NCBI GenBank assembly: GCA_034780895.1
Contig: JAUZTB010000074.1
Coordinates: 18,580,956-18,644,955 of the forward strand
Length of the DNA: 64,000 nucleotides
From: Rhynchobatus australiae
Taxonomy: Eukaryota
Reading direction: 5' to 3'
A model generated the notes under the pieces. The model saw nothing but the letters and a program-made list of their open reading frames with translations. It was not told the DNA's origin and ran no database searches. The translations under genes were made by a program, and so were the position numbers. Of the stretch, positions 39,040 to 52,165 are shown one piece after another; position 1 is the stretch's first letter, and each line of letters starts with the position of its first letter.

Positions 39040-39470
39040 ACATTTTCTTTTATCTGACTTGGCATAAGAGCTGTCAAGGCAACCTTACTGTATGGGGCCT
39101 CTTCTCTGATATATTTTGCAAATAAAATGGTTCATGTGTCATCCATGGTCCCTGCGGCCTTGCTGTCTGGGTTCCTGCTCGAACAGGTGATAACCTGATA
39201 GACTTTATCTTGTGTTCGTCAGCCTCCCTGAAGTCTGTAGACACTTCCACTGGCTGTTAGGCATTTTAAAATTCCCCCTTGAGCCATAACCTTCCCCCTT
39301 TCTCCTATCATCAGCTGGTATGTCTCTGAGCTGTCAGTAGCTTGTTTTTTATTGATGTTTCCATGTGTTTTATGTCTGTCTGAGATATGACGGCCCTGAC
39401 ATAGCTATGGAGCTGTAGTGATTTCAATCAGGCTGCATAAGAGGCTCTGGATTTTAACTTATACAGTCTG
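39040..39470. promoter_or_regulatory. Candidate conserved enhancer (GATA/E-box/Meis cluster)
   Basis: A GC-richer island in AT-rich flanks, with GATA sites at 39188, 39196, 39205 and 39305, E-boxes at 39184 and 39312, and CTGTCA at 39071 and 39331. Conservation is untested. Confidence 0.4.
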
Positions 39471-42080
39471 TCTTCGATACTTCAGAGTTTCACCTTTAAT
39501 GAAAATGTTTCTGAAGGCAGAAAAAAAACGCCTGTGTGCAACATCAGTGATGAATACACAAGACAAAAGCCTGCTTTTGTCATAAAGGAAGCAAGAACAG
39601 AAAGTGACCCTTGAGCCAAAGGTTCTGACACCACATCAAATCCCTTTAGGCTCGATGTGGCAGGCTGGGGCTGGCTTAAGATTACTTTATCACATCCAAG
39701 AGTGATGCTTGCATTTACTTCAGATGTCCAACATGTAAAGAGTTGTACATTTCCCAACCCATGTCGCCTATTAAATCAAGTTTAAGTGACTTGTGGAGCA
39801 CATAGCCTTGTCAAACTGAGCTAAGCTTAAATCAAATTGAAACGTGAAAATGTGTAGAGAGTTATTATTGAACAAAACTCCAAGCTTGCTTCTCATCAAT
39901 GTCATTTATTTGTAATAATCCTGAAAACAAATTAGCTAACATATTTTCAAAGCAGTACAAATATTGTTGCATTTGTGTTTGGGGCTCCTGTGGAACACTA
40001 ATGCAAAAAAACCTTCTACAGGAAAATGATTTTTTTCTCTCTTTAAATAATAGGTAACATAAAATGATTGAAGTTCTGGAAAACCTTTAACCTGTACTAC
40101 ACATGTCCATCATAACAATGGTGATTATATTAAAATGCAACTTAAAAGAATAAAACCACTTCATCTTTTTAGAAGTCAATTGAAATATCTATTTTGTGTT
40201 CAATCCCTCACTGTCCAGTAGTTTAACAATTTCAAAAGCACATTTGTATCACTTAGAACAACAGCATCATTATATGTATTGAAGCATCTTAATTAGCTGT
40301 ACTGCATACAATATTTCCTCATATGAAATGACTTTACAGAATATAATTCTTGCCAAGTCCTGCTAAGGTGATAGGAACTTAATATAATTAATTCAGTGAT
40401 TTTACAGCTCAGTTTAATAATATCAACATTTGTCATGAAACTATGTAATATGAAAGCTTGTATCACTGCAGTATTATAGAGCTTTGAATTGGAGAACAGA
40501 GAAAAGATTAAAAGATGATGAAATATTTCTGTTCCAATTAAGAGTTAAAGGTTCCCAATTCCTATATTATAAGAACTGGGACACAAAAGCTATGTTAATA
40601 TATATTGCATCTTAATTTATTTGTTGTAGCTTCTTAACATTGATAAAGACACTGAATGTAAATGTCCCAACACAATAACCCTTGCAAATGCTTGCATCTA
40701 TTTAACAAAACAATGCAAGAGACTAACTGGTTTCATTGTAAAATTTTTAAAATAGGAATATATTTTTTGTGATATATTTGCATAGATATGCATAATTTTT
40801 ACATAATTGTTCAGAACTGATCTTTGTTTGGTGTAGTTTGGCAATGTTAGTCTCATACACTAACCCAAGGAATCTACTTTCAATACACTATGAAATGCAG
40901 TCCTCTAGGCCTGCTAGAATTCTTTTCAAAAAATACTGTGACAAGTAGCCCCAGCACTCAAAATAACTCGCTGTTCAGTCAGCATAATAATATGCCATTG
41001 TTTTCTGGTTAAATGCTTTTCAAAAATCTAATTACCTGAATGACAATTGTTGGCATCACCGCTGAGATAAGTGCCTTAATTTGTTTTTATTAATATCATT
41101 AATCCCTTTGAGAACTTGTTAGTAGGTGGGGGGAGAAAACATTGCTCATAACATATAATACATTACTTTTCAAGCTAAATCTTAGCAAAACCAAAGCTGA
41201 ATACTAATCGCATTGCTAAACATTTTACAGAACATTTAAATGGTATAAGATAAAAATATCTTGGCTCCGTAAAAAAATATTCTATCATATGTTGTTTAAA
41301 ATGATAATCTTGTTTATTTAAAAATCCTTGAAGATAAACTATGTACTTTATTTACAAGGACACTGAGATAGTATTTACCTAGTGTTGCAGAAATGCAGAT
41401 AGGTTCAGCTTTTCTGATCTAAAATATTTGCAGCTTGCACGCGTTCTGAATTTTTAACACTATAATAAGCCTATAGTTGGGTCTGAGTCAAATATAAGCT
41501 GTCACCCAGGAAGTATTGAGGGAAGGAAAACCTTCACAGCAGAGCTTTAAAATTTCAATTTATATTGGTCATGACTTGTGACACAGTTTGGTGAGTTGGG
41601 GCCTGGGAGTCAGGATTGCCACTGACCTCTGTTCAGACTGGTTGAGAGAGATGTCAGCTGAAAACTCCCAGGGATGAACTGGCTGCCAACTAGTCTGAAA
41701 ACTTCTGCCAAATTGTCGTACCCCTCAGCTGAATGCTAACCCGAGAGGAGGGGAGTAGAAGCACTAAAAAGGTTAGAGGTGGGCATCACTTTCAATAGTG
41801 GGCTGTCTGGTTCATTAAAGACAGCCGGTCCCAAACAGCATGGGAGTCAAGCAGTTCAGTAACCTCTAGGTTGGTATTTTCTGCATAATTTTAAAATCAA
41901 AGGGACAATATTCTGGAGTGCTTAATGGGATAGTGAAAAGATGATAGAAAGACGTTTTTGTTTTAGATTTTTTTTTGATTTTCAGNNNNNNNNNNNNNNN
42001 NNNNNNNNNNNNNNNNNNNNNNNNNNNNNNNNNNNNNNGAAAATATGTTAAGGATCAATAAATGATTTTAATTTATAAAT

Positions 42081-42148
42081 ATTAATTCCAGCATATGGAA
42101 TTAATTCCAGCATATTGGTTACAATCATGCAGACATGATTGTAACCAA
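42081..42148. repeat. Direct repeat plus perfect hairpin cluster
   Basis: attaattccagcatat occurs twice (42081-42096, 42100-42115). It is followed by a perfect 15-bp stem ttggttacaatcatg-caga-catgattgtaaccaa (42115-42148). Confidence 0.9.
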
Positions 42149-45100
42149 CAGTGGGTATTTCTGAGTAATCATCTTAAAGTTTTATTTCTGTTTATGTAAA
42201 ACTTTTTTATATGCTATGTCTATTTCCAGAATATACAGTATTGTGGAGCAAACTTGCCAAATTAACATACAATGCAAGAGCCAACACTGACTAATTTGCA
42301 TTGCTTTTTTCATACTTTCATCTCAATCGCTTATCTTTATTCCTTGTTTGAAACAGCATTTGCTTTTTTGTGATGTTAAGTTATTAAGGAAAATGAAAGC
42401 AAATGAGAACAGTATACATGAATTAGTTTATTAAGTAATTCATCCTTAACAATGAAATTATTTCCCCAGATTAATGGATAAATTAAGGCCTATGGATGCT
42501 GGGTATTATTGCTTAGAAGGAAAAGGCAGGTAAATCTATTTTATTTTCAAAATGTACTATTGAGACAGTTTTTCTGTTGACCTTACAATCCGCTATTTTT
42601 AATGCAATCCCACCTTGTTAAGAGTATGCTGCCATACTTCAGTAGCAAAATAAATGTACTAATAACTATGATTTTCCTTAGCATTAAAATGCTCAATTTG
42701 ATTTTGTCTGGGATATATGGATGTACAGCAATCAAATAATGTACAAAACGGCTCATATTTCAAAATGCATGTCAGTCCCTATTATAAATAAAAAATTATG
42801 GAAGACATTTCTAGCAATGAACATCAGCATCTTATATTTTCAAATGAGCAAAACAATGCTGCTTCATATCTATTAAAAACTTATCATTGTGCAATGCTAG
42901 TTGTAAAAGCCTGTCTGATTGATTGTATTGGTGTGACAAAGAGTTACCTAAGCATGCATTCATCTGCATGAACACTATACTGTAAAAGTTGGTGACTGGT
43001 GACTGTAGCTAGTTTTTTGAGAGAGCTGATAATGATAGGAATTATTATGATGTCTGGATCAGATTACAATTTTTGACCTGGACAATGAAAGCCAGTAACT
43101 GCTGAAGAGAATATTGGTAATAATTAATAAATTGCGTGCACGGGAAATTTTCTGGGATGTTTTAGTAACTTTTTTAATAACATTTTTGTGTATATTAGAT
43201 TGACTAAATAAAACAAAAATAGTAAAGAATTCTACTTAAATATTGCAATATTAAGTTTAATCAAAATGTTGAAATAAACAGTACAAAGACATTATTGTCC
43301 TTTTATTTTCAGTGTAATTGGATATTTTTGGCCTGTTTTGGTATAGGCACTGGGAGGAGTGAAGGATTTTAATATCAGAAATGCCACAATAAAATTACAC
43401 AATTAAGCAAATCATAAATGGTTAAAATAATTACTAAGACNNNNNNNNNNNNNNNNNNNNNNNNNNNNNNNNNNNNNNNNNNNNNNNNNNNNNNNNNNNN
43501 NNNNNNNNNNNNNNNNNNNNNNNNNNNNNNNNNNNNNNNNNNNNNNNNNNNNNNNNNNNNNNNNNNNNNNNNNNNNNNNNNNNNNNNNNNNNNNNNNNNN
43601 NNNNNNNNNNNNNNNNNNNNNNNNNNNNNNNNNNNNNNNNNNNNNNNNNNNNNNNNNNNNNNNNNNNNNNNNNNNNNNNNNNNNNNNNNNNNNNNNNNNN
43701 NNNNNNNNNNNNNNNNNNNNNNNNNNNNNNNNNNNNNNNNNNNNNNNNNNNNNNNNNNNNNNNNNNNNNNNNNNNNNNNNNNNNNNNNNNNNNNNNNNNN
43801 NNNNNNNTGTACAGACACCTTACTAGCCATTCATGGACAAATTAGTCTGTTGCATTATATATGTAATCTTTACACTTTGAAGTTGATTGTTATATATTCA
43901 TGATATGAATATAATTCCAGTTTAAAAAGCTGAGTTATGAAATAAAAGTAACTGGTTGCTGTAAAATGCTGAATAATAATTATAATTGAAATAGAAAAAA
44001 ATAACAAAATCAAAATAAACATAATTCTCTTGTTCATATAAATTTTGTTGTCTTGGAAAATTATAATTCTATATTTTAATCATCTAACTATCCTGTTATA
44101 CTTTTTATTAAATTAGAGACAGCTTAACCAGTGGATGCCAAAAATATTAACATTTATAACTCCAATATTCAAGTTGACAGATGAGCAAACTTTCAACTGA
44201 ATTGATTAAAACACAGCAAAGCAATCTGCAAAAGGTAGGAAGTAAAGGGAATATAAAGTTGCCACTGCTTATGGGTAACAACAGGATCCGTCAAGGTAGA
44301 TAAGTGATGCAAGGCAGAAAGCTGCTAAGTTTTTGTACAGTCAGATTCTGTCAAATTCACAGTCAGCCAAGCAGCTCAAAGGTGACACCTGGAGACTATG
44401 CTTCAGACCATTTCTTCTTGATGGGGGTGTCTTCTGTATGAGAGTTATTACCTGGCATAATAGCATATGGTAAAATGTAAACAACATCTGCATATTCTTG
44501 TAATAATTTCATATGTTTAATTAGTTCCAGCAAAGCAGTTTACCCTTAGAGACCCTCACTGTCAGTGTTGAGATCATACATTTGTGCCCTGCTGTCTGTG
44601 CTGACAGGCTTCCATTGTTCAAATGACGCATTCAGCTCACCAGCTAATGTGACTGAATCTTCAGAGGGTAAGAGCACATCTCACCAATCCAGCTGTAGGA
44701 AAATACGTCTGTCAGTCCAGCAGAATGTGCTAATGGCAGATGTGACAAATCATATAAATTTGGGAAATGTACATCATGAGGGCCAGAAGTGACTATCCCT
44801 TTACCTTTGAATTACAAATAGTGAAGAGACTATTGAGTATATTAATCGGGATGATGAATATAATTAAAATTTTGCTCACCATGGTCAATATGTACAGATC
44901 CAAACCAAAATTGTGGTGTGTTGGGATGTTGGTGTCTGGGGATATGGGGATGGAGGGGCCTAGTGGAATTATTTATTTTTAGCAAAGTACGTGTACTTTA
45001 CTTGGGCATGCATAAATATTGTTTGAATTAGGCACAATGGCTGTTGCTAAGTACAAACATTTGAAGTCTTCTTCACGTGGATTAGATGTAAAGAATAATG

Positions 45101-45344
45101 TAAATGAGAGAAAGAGAGAGCTTGCCAGAACTGGGTCATGTGTAGAAATAATCCTCACAATCCTGTTGAATCAGTCTTTTGTATAAGTGTCTTGTTTTTA
45201 TTTTAGGTTCTTCTTTTTACCTAGTTCTTTAACTAAACTTTTAATCACCAAACCAAATGGCCTAGACATTCTACCATCCACATTCAACTAGCCTGACGTA
45301 GTTCTCAGGGAATGATGTACGATGAAATATGAAACTATGATCTC

Positions 45345-45620
45345 ACAAGTGGAGATAAAAAACTCACAGCAATCTTTGAAAATAGGCAGGGGAGTTCTCC
45401 TGATATTCTGACCAAATTTATCCTATAATTAACATTACTAGAGCAGGTTATCTGGCCATTATCACAATGCTGTTTGTTGGAGCTTGCTATGCACAAATCT
45501 GCTGCAATATTTCCTGAATATTAACAGTTACTACACTTCAAAGGAATTCATTGGGTGCAATCCACATCCTGAAAAGGCTATGAAAAGAGACATATAAATG
45601 CAAGTCTTTTATTCCTTTCT
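45345..45620 (+). mobile_element. Deu-SINE 3' half
   Basis: gcaggggagttctcc...ttatctggccattatcacaatgctgtttgttggagcttgctatgcacaaat...ctacacttcaaag...atataaatgcaagtcttt. Confidence 0.85.
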
Positions 45621-45689
45621 TTCCTTTTTCCCTACAAATGACTATAACTTGTAATACTGACATACTTTTGTTGTAATAGTATATTCCAA

Positions 45690-45960
45690 GGCATTTGGCA
45701 GGAAAGTTTTCAGAAAAGAAGTTACCAACAAGTCAGAACAGGCGAACATAAATTTGCTCTAATGGGTGGGTCTTAAGGAACACTCCAAAAGGAGAGAAAG
45801 GTAGAGATGTGGAGAGATCTGTAGAGTGATTCCAGAGATCACAAGTGAGGCATGACCACCAACTATGTAGTGAAGAAAATAAGAGCCTACCCAAGAAGTT
45901 AAGGATAGAGGTGCACAAATTTCTTAGATGTAGAGCCAGAGGAGGTTACAGAGATCAGTA
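45690..45960 (-). mobile_element. L2 LINE 3' fragment, decayed
   Basis: gggtcttaaggaa..ggagagaaaggtagaga..gattccagag and ggaggttacagagat are typical antisense L2 ORF2-end motifs (recalled). Confidence 0.45.
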
Positions 45961-46074
45961 AAGGAACAATGTACAATCATCAAGTCACAGCACAATAACT
46001 TGGTCAAAGCCTATGGAAGAAATCTCCACTGTGATGAAGTTACAGTAAATTTAACAGTATCTTAATGGTACATA

Positions 46075-46446
46075 ATAACACAGTGATTCAGCTGCTGGAC
46101 TTGTATCCAATGGCTTGAATTTGTATGATCCATTAGTATGAGCTTGAATCCTACCTTAGCATCTGAGGAGTTTAAATTAAAGTAATTAAATAAATGTATA
46201 ATAAAGAGCCAGAATTAGTAAAGACAATCATGAGACTACCAGATTATCAAAAAATCCATCTGGTTCTCCAATGCTCTTCATTTATGTCCTTCAGGGAAAA
46301 GATTTGCAATCTCCACCCAATTGATATGACTCACCATAATGGTTGATTATTTACTGCCTCCTCTGTTCGGGAGCATTTGGCACTGAACAACAATTGCCAA
46401 TCCCAACAGTGGCATCAACACCCATCCAGCAAAAACTAAAATAAAA
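46075..46446 (+). mobile_element. tRNA-derived SINE with LINE-derived tail
   Basis: Head ctggacttgtatcca..ttgaatcctacc, body aaaaatccatctggttc.ccaatg..cttcagggaa, tail cacccatcc and an A-rich end; a minus-strand copy lies at 6985-7283. Confidence 0.6.
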
Positions 46447-46774
46447 TCATCCCCAAATAATTACAGCCAAGATTTTAATAATGGAGCTATTAGTTGTGTA
46501 CTTAATAGAGTTGAATGACATTCCACTGTATCTTATCTTAGGGAAGCAATTCAAGGAAAATGTGCTAACATATACATCAAAACAACAGATAAAGAATGTT
46601 GTAATAATGCATTGTGGCCTATCACTAACATAACTATCAGTCATTTGTTGAATTGTTCAAAAAGCATTAGGATTGTGTTAATTCTGGAGAGGAACAGATA
46701 ACACTGTAAGATCAGGTGCCTAAAGGAAATTGCCAGCCTTAAATCAAAGAGTTCTGATGATACCTGAAACCTGC

Positions 46775-47165
46775 TGTGGCTCTTGGCTAATTGGTAGCAC
46801 ACTAATTTCTGAACCAGAAGTTCATGGGGTCAACTCCATTCCAAGGAATCAAATGAATAATCCAGGTAACACCTCAGTGNNNNNNNNNNNNNNNNNNNNN
46901 NNNNNNNNNNNNNNNNNNNNNNNNNNNNNNNNNNNNNNNNNNNNNNNNNNNNNNNNNNNNNNNNNNNNNNNNNNNNNNNAACACCTCAGTGTACAACTAA
47001 AGGAGTGCTGCACTGTCAGAGGTGTTGTTTTGGAGCGGATTGTTAAATCGAAATCATGTTTGAACCCTTAGATGGATGTTTAAAAACACACAAAGTAGGA
47101 TTTGAATAAGGAAAGAGTTTTCCAATGTCCAAGCCAATTTATTCCTTAAAACAAAACAGATTAAA
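46775..47165 (+). mobile_element. Deu-SINE 5' part
   Basis: tRNA-like head ggctaattggtagcacactaatttctgaaccagaag and Deu core aggagtgctgcactgtcagaggtg. Confidence 0.75.
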
Positions 47166-47936
47166 GAAAAACACCGATAAACTGCTCTCCAGTTGTTTGG
47201 AAATCTCAATGGTTCGGCATTTAGATCACTGGGTGCTCATTCCCATGCTCCTATTAACACATCACACCCCAGTTCTTGCACTCCCATTAAACTCAGCGAG
47301 GCCCTGTTTCCTGCAGTCCCCTGAAGCTCATCTGGAATGTCTTTCTAAGCTATTCCAGAGGCCAGTTGAGAGTCAAGCACATTGGTGAGGTTGGAGCCTC
47401 ATATGGGTCAAACCAGAACAATAGCAAGATTTTCTTCCCTAAAAGACCTTTAACTTTGTCCGTATTCTTTGTTACTATAATTCATTGCAATACTTTAATA
47501 ATGGCNNNNNNNNNNNNNNNNNNNNNNNNNNNNNNNNNNNNNNNNNNNNNNNNNNNNNNNNNNNNNNNNNNNNNNNNNNNNNNNNNNNNNNNNNNNNNNN
47601 NNNNNCTACCTTTGAATATGATTTGTTCTAATAGTACTTGGAACAATCAGCCTATTGAACCCATCCCATTATGATAATAAAATGTGATGACTATTTTGGA
47701 GACCTTCCAAACTTGTCAAACGAGTACTCAACAGTTAAAACTATTACTTTATGTTAATCAAGGGATATCTCCCACTGAGTCATAACATGAAGTTAATATA
47801 AACAGATGACTTGGAAAGGTTAGTTGCAATGGATCTTGCAGTATATTGATGAGAATTTATTTTGTGATGGGTATCATCCACTTTTAAATCACTGAATGAA
47901 TACAATATCCCAGTGTTCTTGAAAAACCTTCTTTAT

Positions 47937-48255
47937 AGTCAAAGTCAAAGTTGAGTTTATTGTCATATGCACAAGTACATGTATGCATAGGTGCAATGAC
48001 GAACTTACCTGCAGCAGCATCACAGGCACATAGCATTAGAGACACAACATTCACAAGAAAAACATGAATTAAACATAATTTATACAAAATTATACAAGAA
48101 CAAACACAATTGGAACAAAAAAAGCAAAGTCCATTGTAGTGCAAAGTGGTCATAGTGTTGCTACACTGAGGTAGTGATTAGAGTTGTGCAGGTTAGTTCA
48201 AGAACCAAATGGTTGAAGGGAAGAAGCTGCTCTTGAACCTGGTGGTATGGGACTA
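47937..48255 (-). mobile_element. Rex1/Babar LINE 3' end
   Basis: gttcaagaaccaaatggttgaagggaagaagctgctcttgaacctggtggt reverse-complements to TTRFKSSFFPSTIWFLN. The 3' UTR has aataaa and a short tttgac tandem tail. Confidence 0.85.
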
Positions 48256-49249
48256 TATTTGCCTTTGCTAAGGTTATAATCATGGGCCTTTAATAATTCT
48301 TGTTGATTGGCTGAAATATTGACAATCTAACAACAATTTGCATGTTTGTGAAGCTCCAGTGAACCCAATTGGAGGGGTGGGGGAAGGAGCATTGATGCAA
48401 ACAACTGGGAGATAGTCACCATTGGTCAGGACCTCTGGAGGCTGATATTTCAGAAGGGCATCAGTAGAGGTGTTGGTGGGAGAAGCAGAAATTCAGCAGC
48501 TAGTAAGAAGGTCCAGAGAAGCCAGAGGTTGCAAATCTTGCAGCTTCTCAGCTCACTGCCCATCATCTGCAGCTAGTGTGCCAGAGTCTACCATGTCAGA
48601 GTAAAGCTCACGAGACACCACTGGATTCCATCAACTGGCTGAAAGAAACTTTGAAACCTGGCTGATAAAACCATTAAAGACTATGAGTTCTTTTGAATAT
48701 CACTGATATTCAGAACCATTCAAAGATATTCTAAAACTATAAAAGGCAATAAATCAATAAGATTATAAAATATCAAAAAATAGAAAAATAAATCAAAATG
48801 ACTGAGACACCTACAAACACTTTTAAACAATTGAAGTAATTTATCATAAATCAATCACTTAAAAAATGTAAATTAACTAATAGCTAACTCTTGTACCTCA
48901 CTGCCATTTCTCCCTTTGAAATTAGTAGGATGGTTGTTCATACATTGGATCCAAGCTGGTAAAGATACAGCAGATAGATTTCATGACATGACTGCAGCAA
49001 ATTTATGTTTCACCATTGCACTCCANNNNNNNNNNAATGAGGTTAGAAGAATCGCAGGACAGCTAGCCAAGTTCAGGAATTCTGGATTCTCATGAAATCC
49101 TAAACTTAATGGAAAGTAGGGGGAGAAATGCCATCCAGTCAACACGAAACCACTGGCATAGGCCTACAAATTCCAGTCCTTTATGTTGTCTTAGAATGCT
49201 ATTGTGGGTAAATTGGTGAGGAAGCAACTTTATTTCCTAAATATCTGAA

Positions 49250-49870
49250 GGATTCACTACACGGTGGTGGTGTCTAGTTTGCAGTATCAATGTGAGGAGA
49301 ATGTAAATCTCCTATTGCATGTTCTGTGAGTAGTTTCATCAGTTTGCACAGCTGCTGGATGAGCAGCCTACTGATATAGAAAGAGATGTTGACAGAGATA
49401 TATCAGATGAGTATTCTTCTGGGTAATGCAAGGAATCATGGAGAAGCTGAAGGGAGATCAGGAAGCACCACAGCAAGGAAATTGCTGTCTTTTTGCTGTG
49501 GTACTTTGCTATAATGGACCTTGCTTATCTATTTAAATGATGCTGCATCACGCTTCCACGATGGTTATAGCAACAGGAACCTCACTCTTTGAGGAAATTC
49601 CCACCCCAATGGCTCTGTCTAACTCTTCTGCAGACATACATTATTTAGGAGCATGATGTGCAGAACATATCCACAAAGATGTGTACTTATCAAGTCAATT
49701 TTCAAGTATGATCTGTGCATGTAGTGTAATGTGTGTGGAAAAACCAAGATGGACCCACCCTCTAAACGAATGGAGAAAGCCATCCGATGAAACAGAGCAA
49801 TGTCTCATGCGGTTCCTTCAAAACACAAATTCACTGGAGTTGTTCAACACCTTCAAGCCTATTCAAATAA
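49250..49870 (+). pseudogene. Possible second Harbinger transposase fossil, very decayed
   Basis: Only weak remnants near 49690-49860 resembling the SxNVQxIC and GYPL..W..P...E motifs. Confidence 0.3.
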
Positions 49871-51244
49871 ATATATTTCAACATAAGATAGTTAACCCTG
49901 TTTATCATATAGAGAACAAGTTCAAAAGGATAACATTGTCTAGCAGTGAATTATAGTTGCAGGATAACCTTTGCCAGTCATTTTGCTTAATTATCTAGCC
50001 TTATCTTCATTAGCAATTGCACTGTGCTTTCATTTGATCCTGCAAAGTACGAGGACAAAGAACAGATAATTGTAATGTTACTATTATTGCAACAAATGCA
50101 AATACAACAGATTGCCTATATATGAAGCTTGTAATGCTGGAAAACATCTCAGGACATTTCACAGAAGAGCAATTTCTCAAAATCTTTGGAATTCCCTACT
50201 CCAGAAAGCTGTAGTAAACTGAGATGGTTAAATTATTGNNNNNNNNNNNNNNNNNNNNNNNNNNNNNNNNNNNNNNNNNNNNNNNNNNNNNNNNNNNNNN
50301 NNNNNNNNNNNNNNNNNNNNNNNNNNNNNNNNNNNNNNNNNNNNNNNNNNNNNNNNNNNNNNNNNNNNNNNNNNNNNNNNNNNNNNNNNNNNNNNNNNNN
50401 NNNNNNNNNNNNNNNNNNNNNNNNNNNNNNNNNNNNNNNNNNNNNNNNNNNNNNNNNNNNNNNNNNNNNNNNNNNNNNNNNNNNNNNNNNNNNNNNNNNN
50501 NNNNNNNNNNNNNNNNNNNNNNNNNNNNNNNNNNNNNNNNNNNNNNNNNNNNNNNNNNNNNNNNNNNNNNNNNNNNNNNNNNNNNNNNNNNNNNNNNNNN
50601 NNNNNNNNNNNNNNNNNNNNNNNNNNNNNNNNNNNNNNNNNNNNNNNNNNNNNNNNNNNNNNNNNNNNNNNNNNNNNNNNNNNNNNNNNNNNNNNNNNNN
50701 NNNNNNNNNNNNNNNNNNNNNNNNNNNNNNNNNNNNNNNNNNNNNNNNNNNNNNNNNNNNNNNNNNNNNNNNNNNNNNNNNNNNNNNNNNNNNNNNNNNN
50801 NNNNNNNNNNNNNNNNNNNNNNNNNNNNNNNNNNNNNNNNNNNNNNNNNNNNNNNNNNNNNNNNNNNNNNNNNNNNNNNNNNNNNNNNNNNNNNNNNNNN
50901 NNNNNNNNNNNNNNNNNNNNNNNNNNNNNNNNNNNNNNNNNNNNNNNNNNNNNNNNNNNNNNNNNNNNNNNNNNNNNNNNNNNNNNNNNNNNNNNNNNNN
51001 NNNNNNNNNNNNNNNNNNNNNNNNNNNNNNNNNNNNNNNNNNNNNNNNNNNNNNNNNNNNNNNNNNNNNNNNNNNNNNNNNNNNNNNNNNNNNNNNNNNN
51101 NNNNNNNNNNNNNNNNNNNNNNNNNNNNNNNNNNNNNNNNNNNNNNNNNNNNNNNNNNNNNNNNNNNNNNNNNNNNNNNNNNNNNNNNNNNNNNNNNNNN
51201 NNNNNNNNNNNNNNNNNNNNNNNNNNNNNNNNNNNNATCTTAAC

Positions 51245-51335
51245 TAAAAATGATGGAAGTATTCAGTAGGTCAGAAAATATTTGTTGAGACAAATCAACT
51301 TAACGTTTCAAGTCAATGATCTTTCATCTGAATCT
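51245..51335 (-). mobile_element. PLE terminal fragment with degenerate hammerhead motif
   Basis: The reverse complement reads cagatga-aagatcattgactt-gaaa-cgtt. The flank aatgatggaagtattcagtaggtcag is a decayed version of gatgctggaggaactcagcaggccagg. Confidence 0.55.
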
Positions 51336-51977
51336 ATATCTTATCCCAGCATCAGCAGTGTGTTCTTTTGAAACAAGCCTGTGGAGAAGTGATGAAGCTA
51401 TTGGTGGATAGGCACACAAGTAACTGTATATAATGAATGAAGTGGAGCATCTTTATCCAACACAAGTTTCTTCATCATTTTGGACCATCTTTAATCCAGG
51501 AATGAACCAACCAGATGTGGTTTTAAACTTTATCATGGAGAAGGTATTTTGATGGTTGAATCTTCAGACTCTGCAACGTTGGAACAAGCTCCCTCAACTT
51601 CACCATCTCTCCACTTCTGTTTCCTTTGCAACGATTCTCATAAACAACATTTAGGTAATTGGGATCCATCTTTCATACTTTTTCTATTGCCCATTGAAAA
51701 CAGGGACACAGTTTTCAAATACCTTCCACTGGCATTTTCAAATCATTTTTATTTACCCATTTAACCAAGAGCAAGTAGATGCTCAAAGCTTCATGAACCT
51801 TCATAGTGAGACCCACTGGAGATCACAGAGCAATGATCAATATGGCTTTCCAGGTCAACAGTGAACCATCAAACTTTAAGTAGGCAGTGGAGGCCACTAA
51901 AGGGAAAGAAGCAAGGTTTATTTTTTTATTTCTTCGTTTGTGCAGCTAGAAAGAGAAGGATTACCATCATCGCTACT

Positions 51978-52165
51978 AACAGGGAGGTGGTACAGGAGCC
52001 TGAAGATCCATACTCAATGACTTAGGAACAGCTTCTTCCCCTCTGCCATCAGATTTCTGAACGGTCCACGAACCCATGAACACTATCTCATTATTCCTTT
52101 TTTTTTGCAATATTTATTTATTTTGTAATTTATAGTAATTTTGCACTGTACTGCTGCTGCAAAAN
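51978..52165 (+). mobile_element. Rex1/Babar LINE 3' end
   Basis: Translates GRWYRSLKIHTQ*LRNSFFPSAIRFLN, followed by a 3' UTR running into a gap. Confidence 0.85.

Noticed and set aside
50186-51247. Longest ORFs in the track (353 and 339 aa) and all other X-rich ORFs
   Set aside because: They are open only because N runs contain no stop codons.
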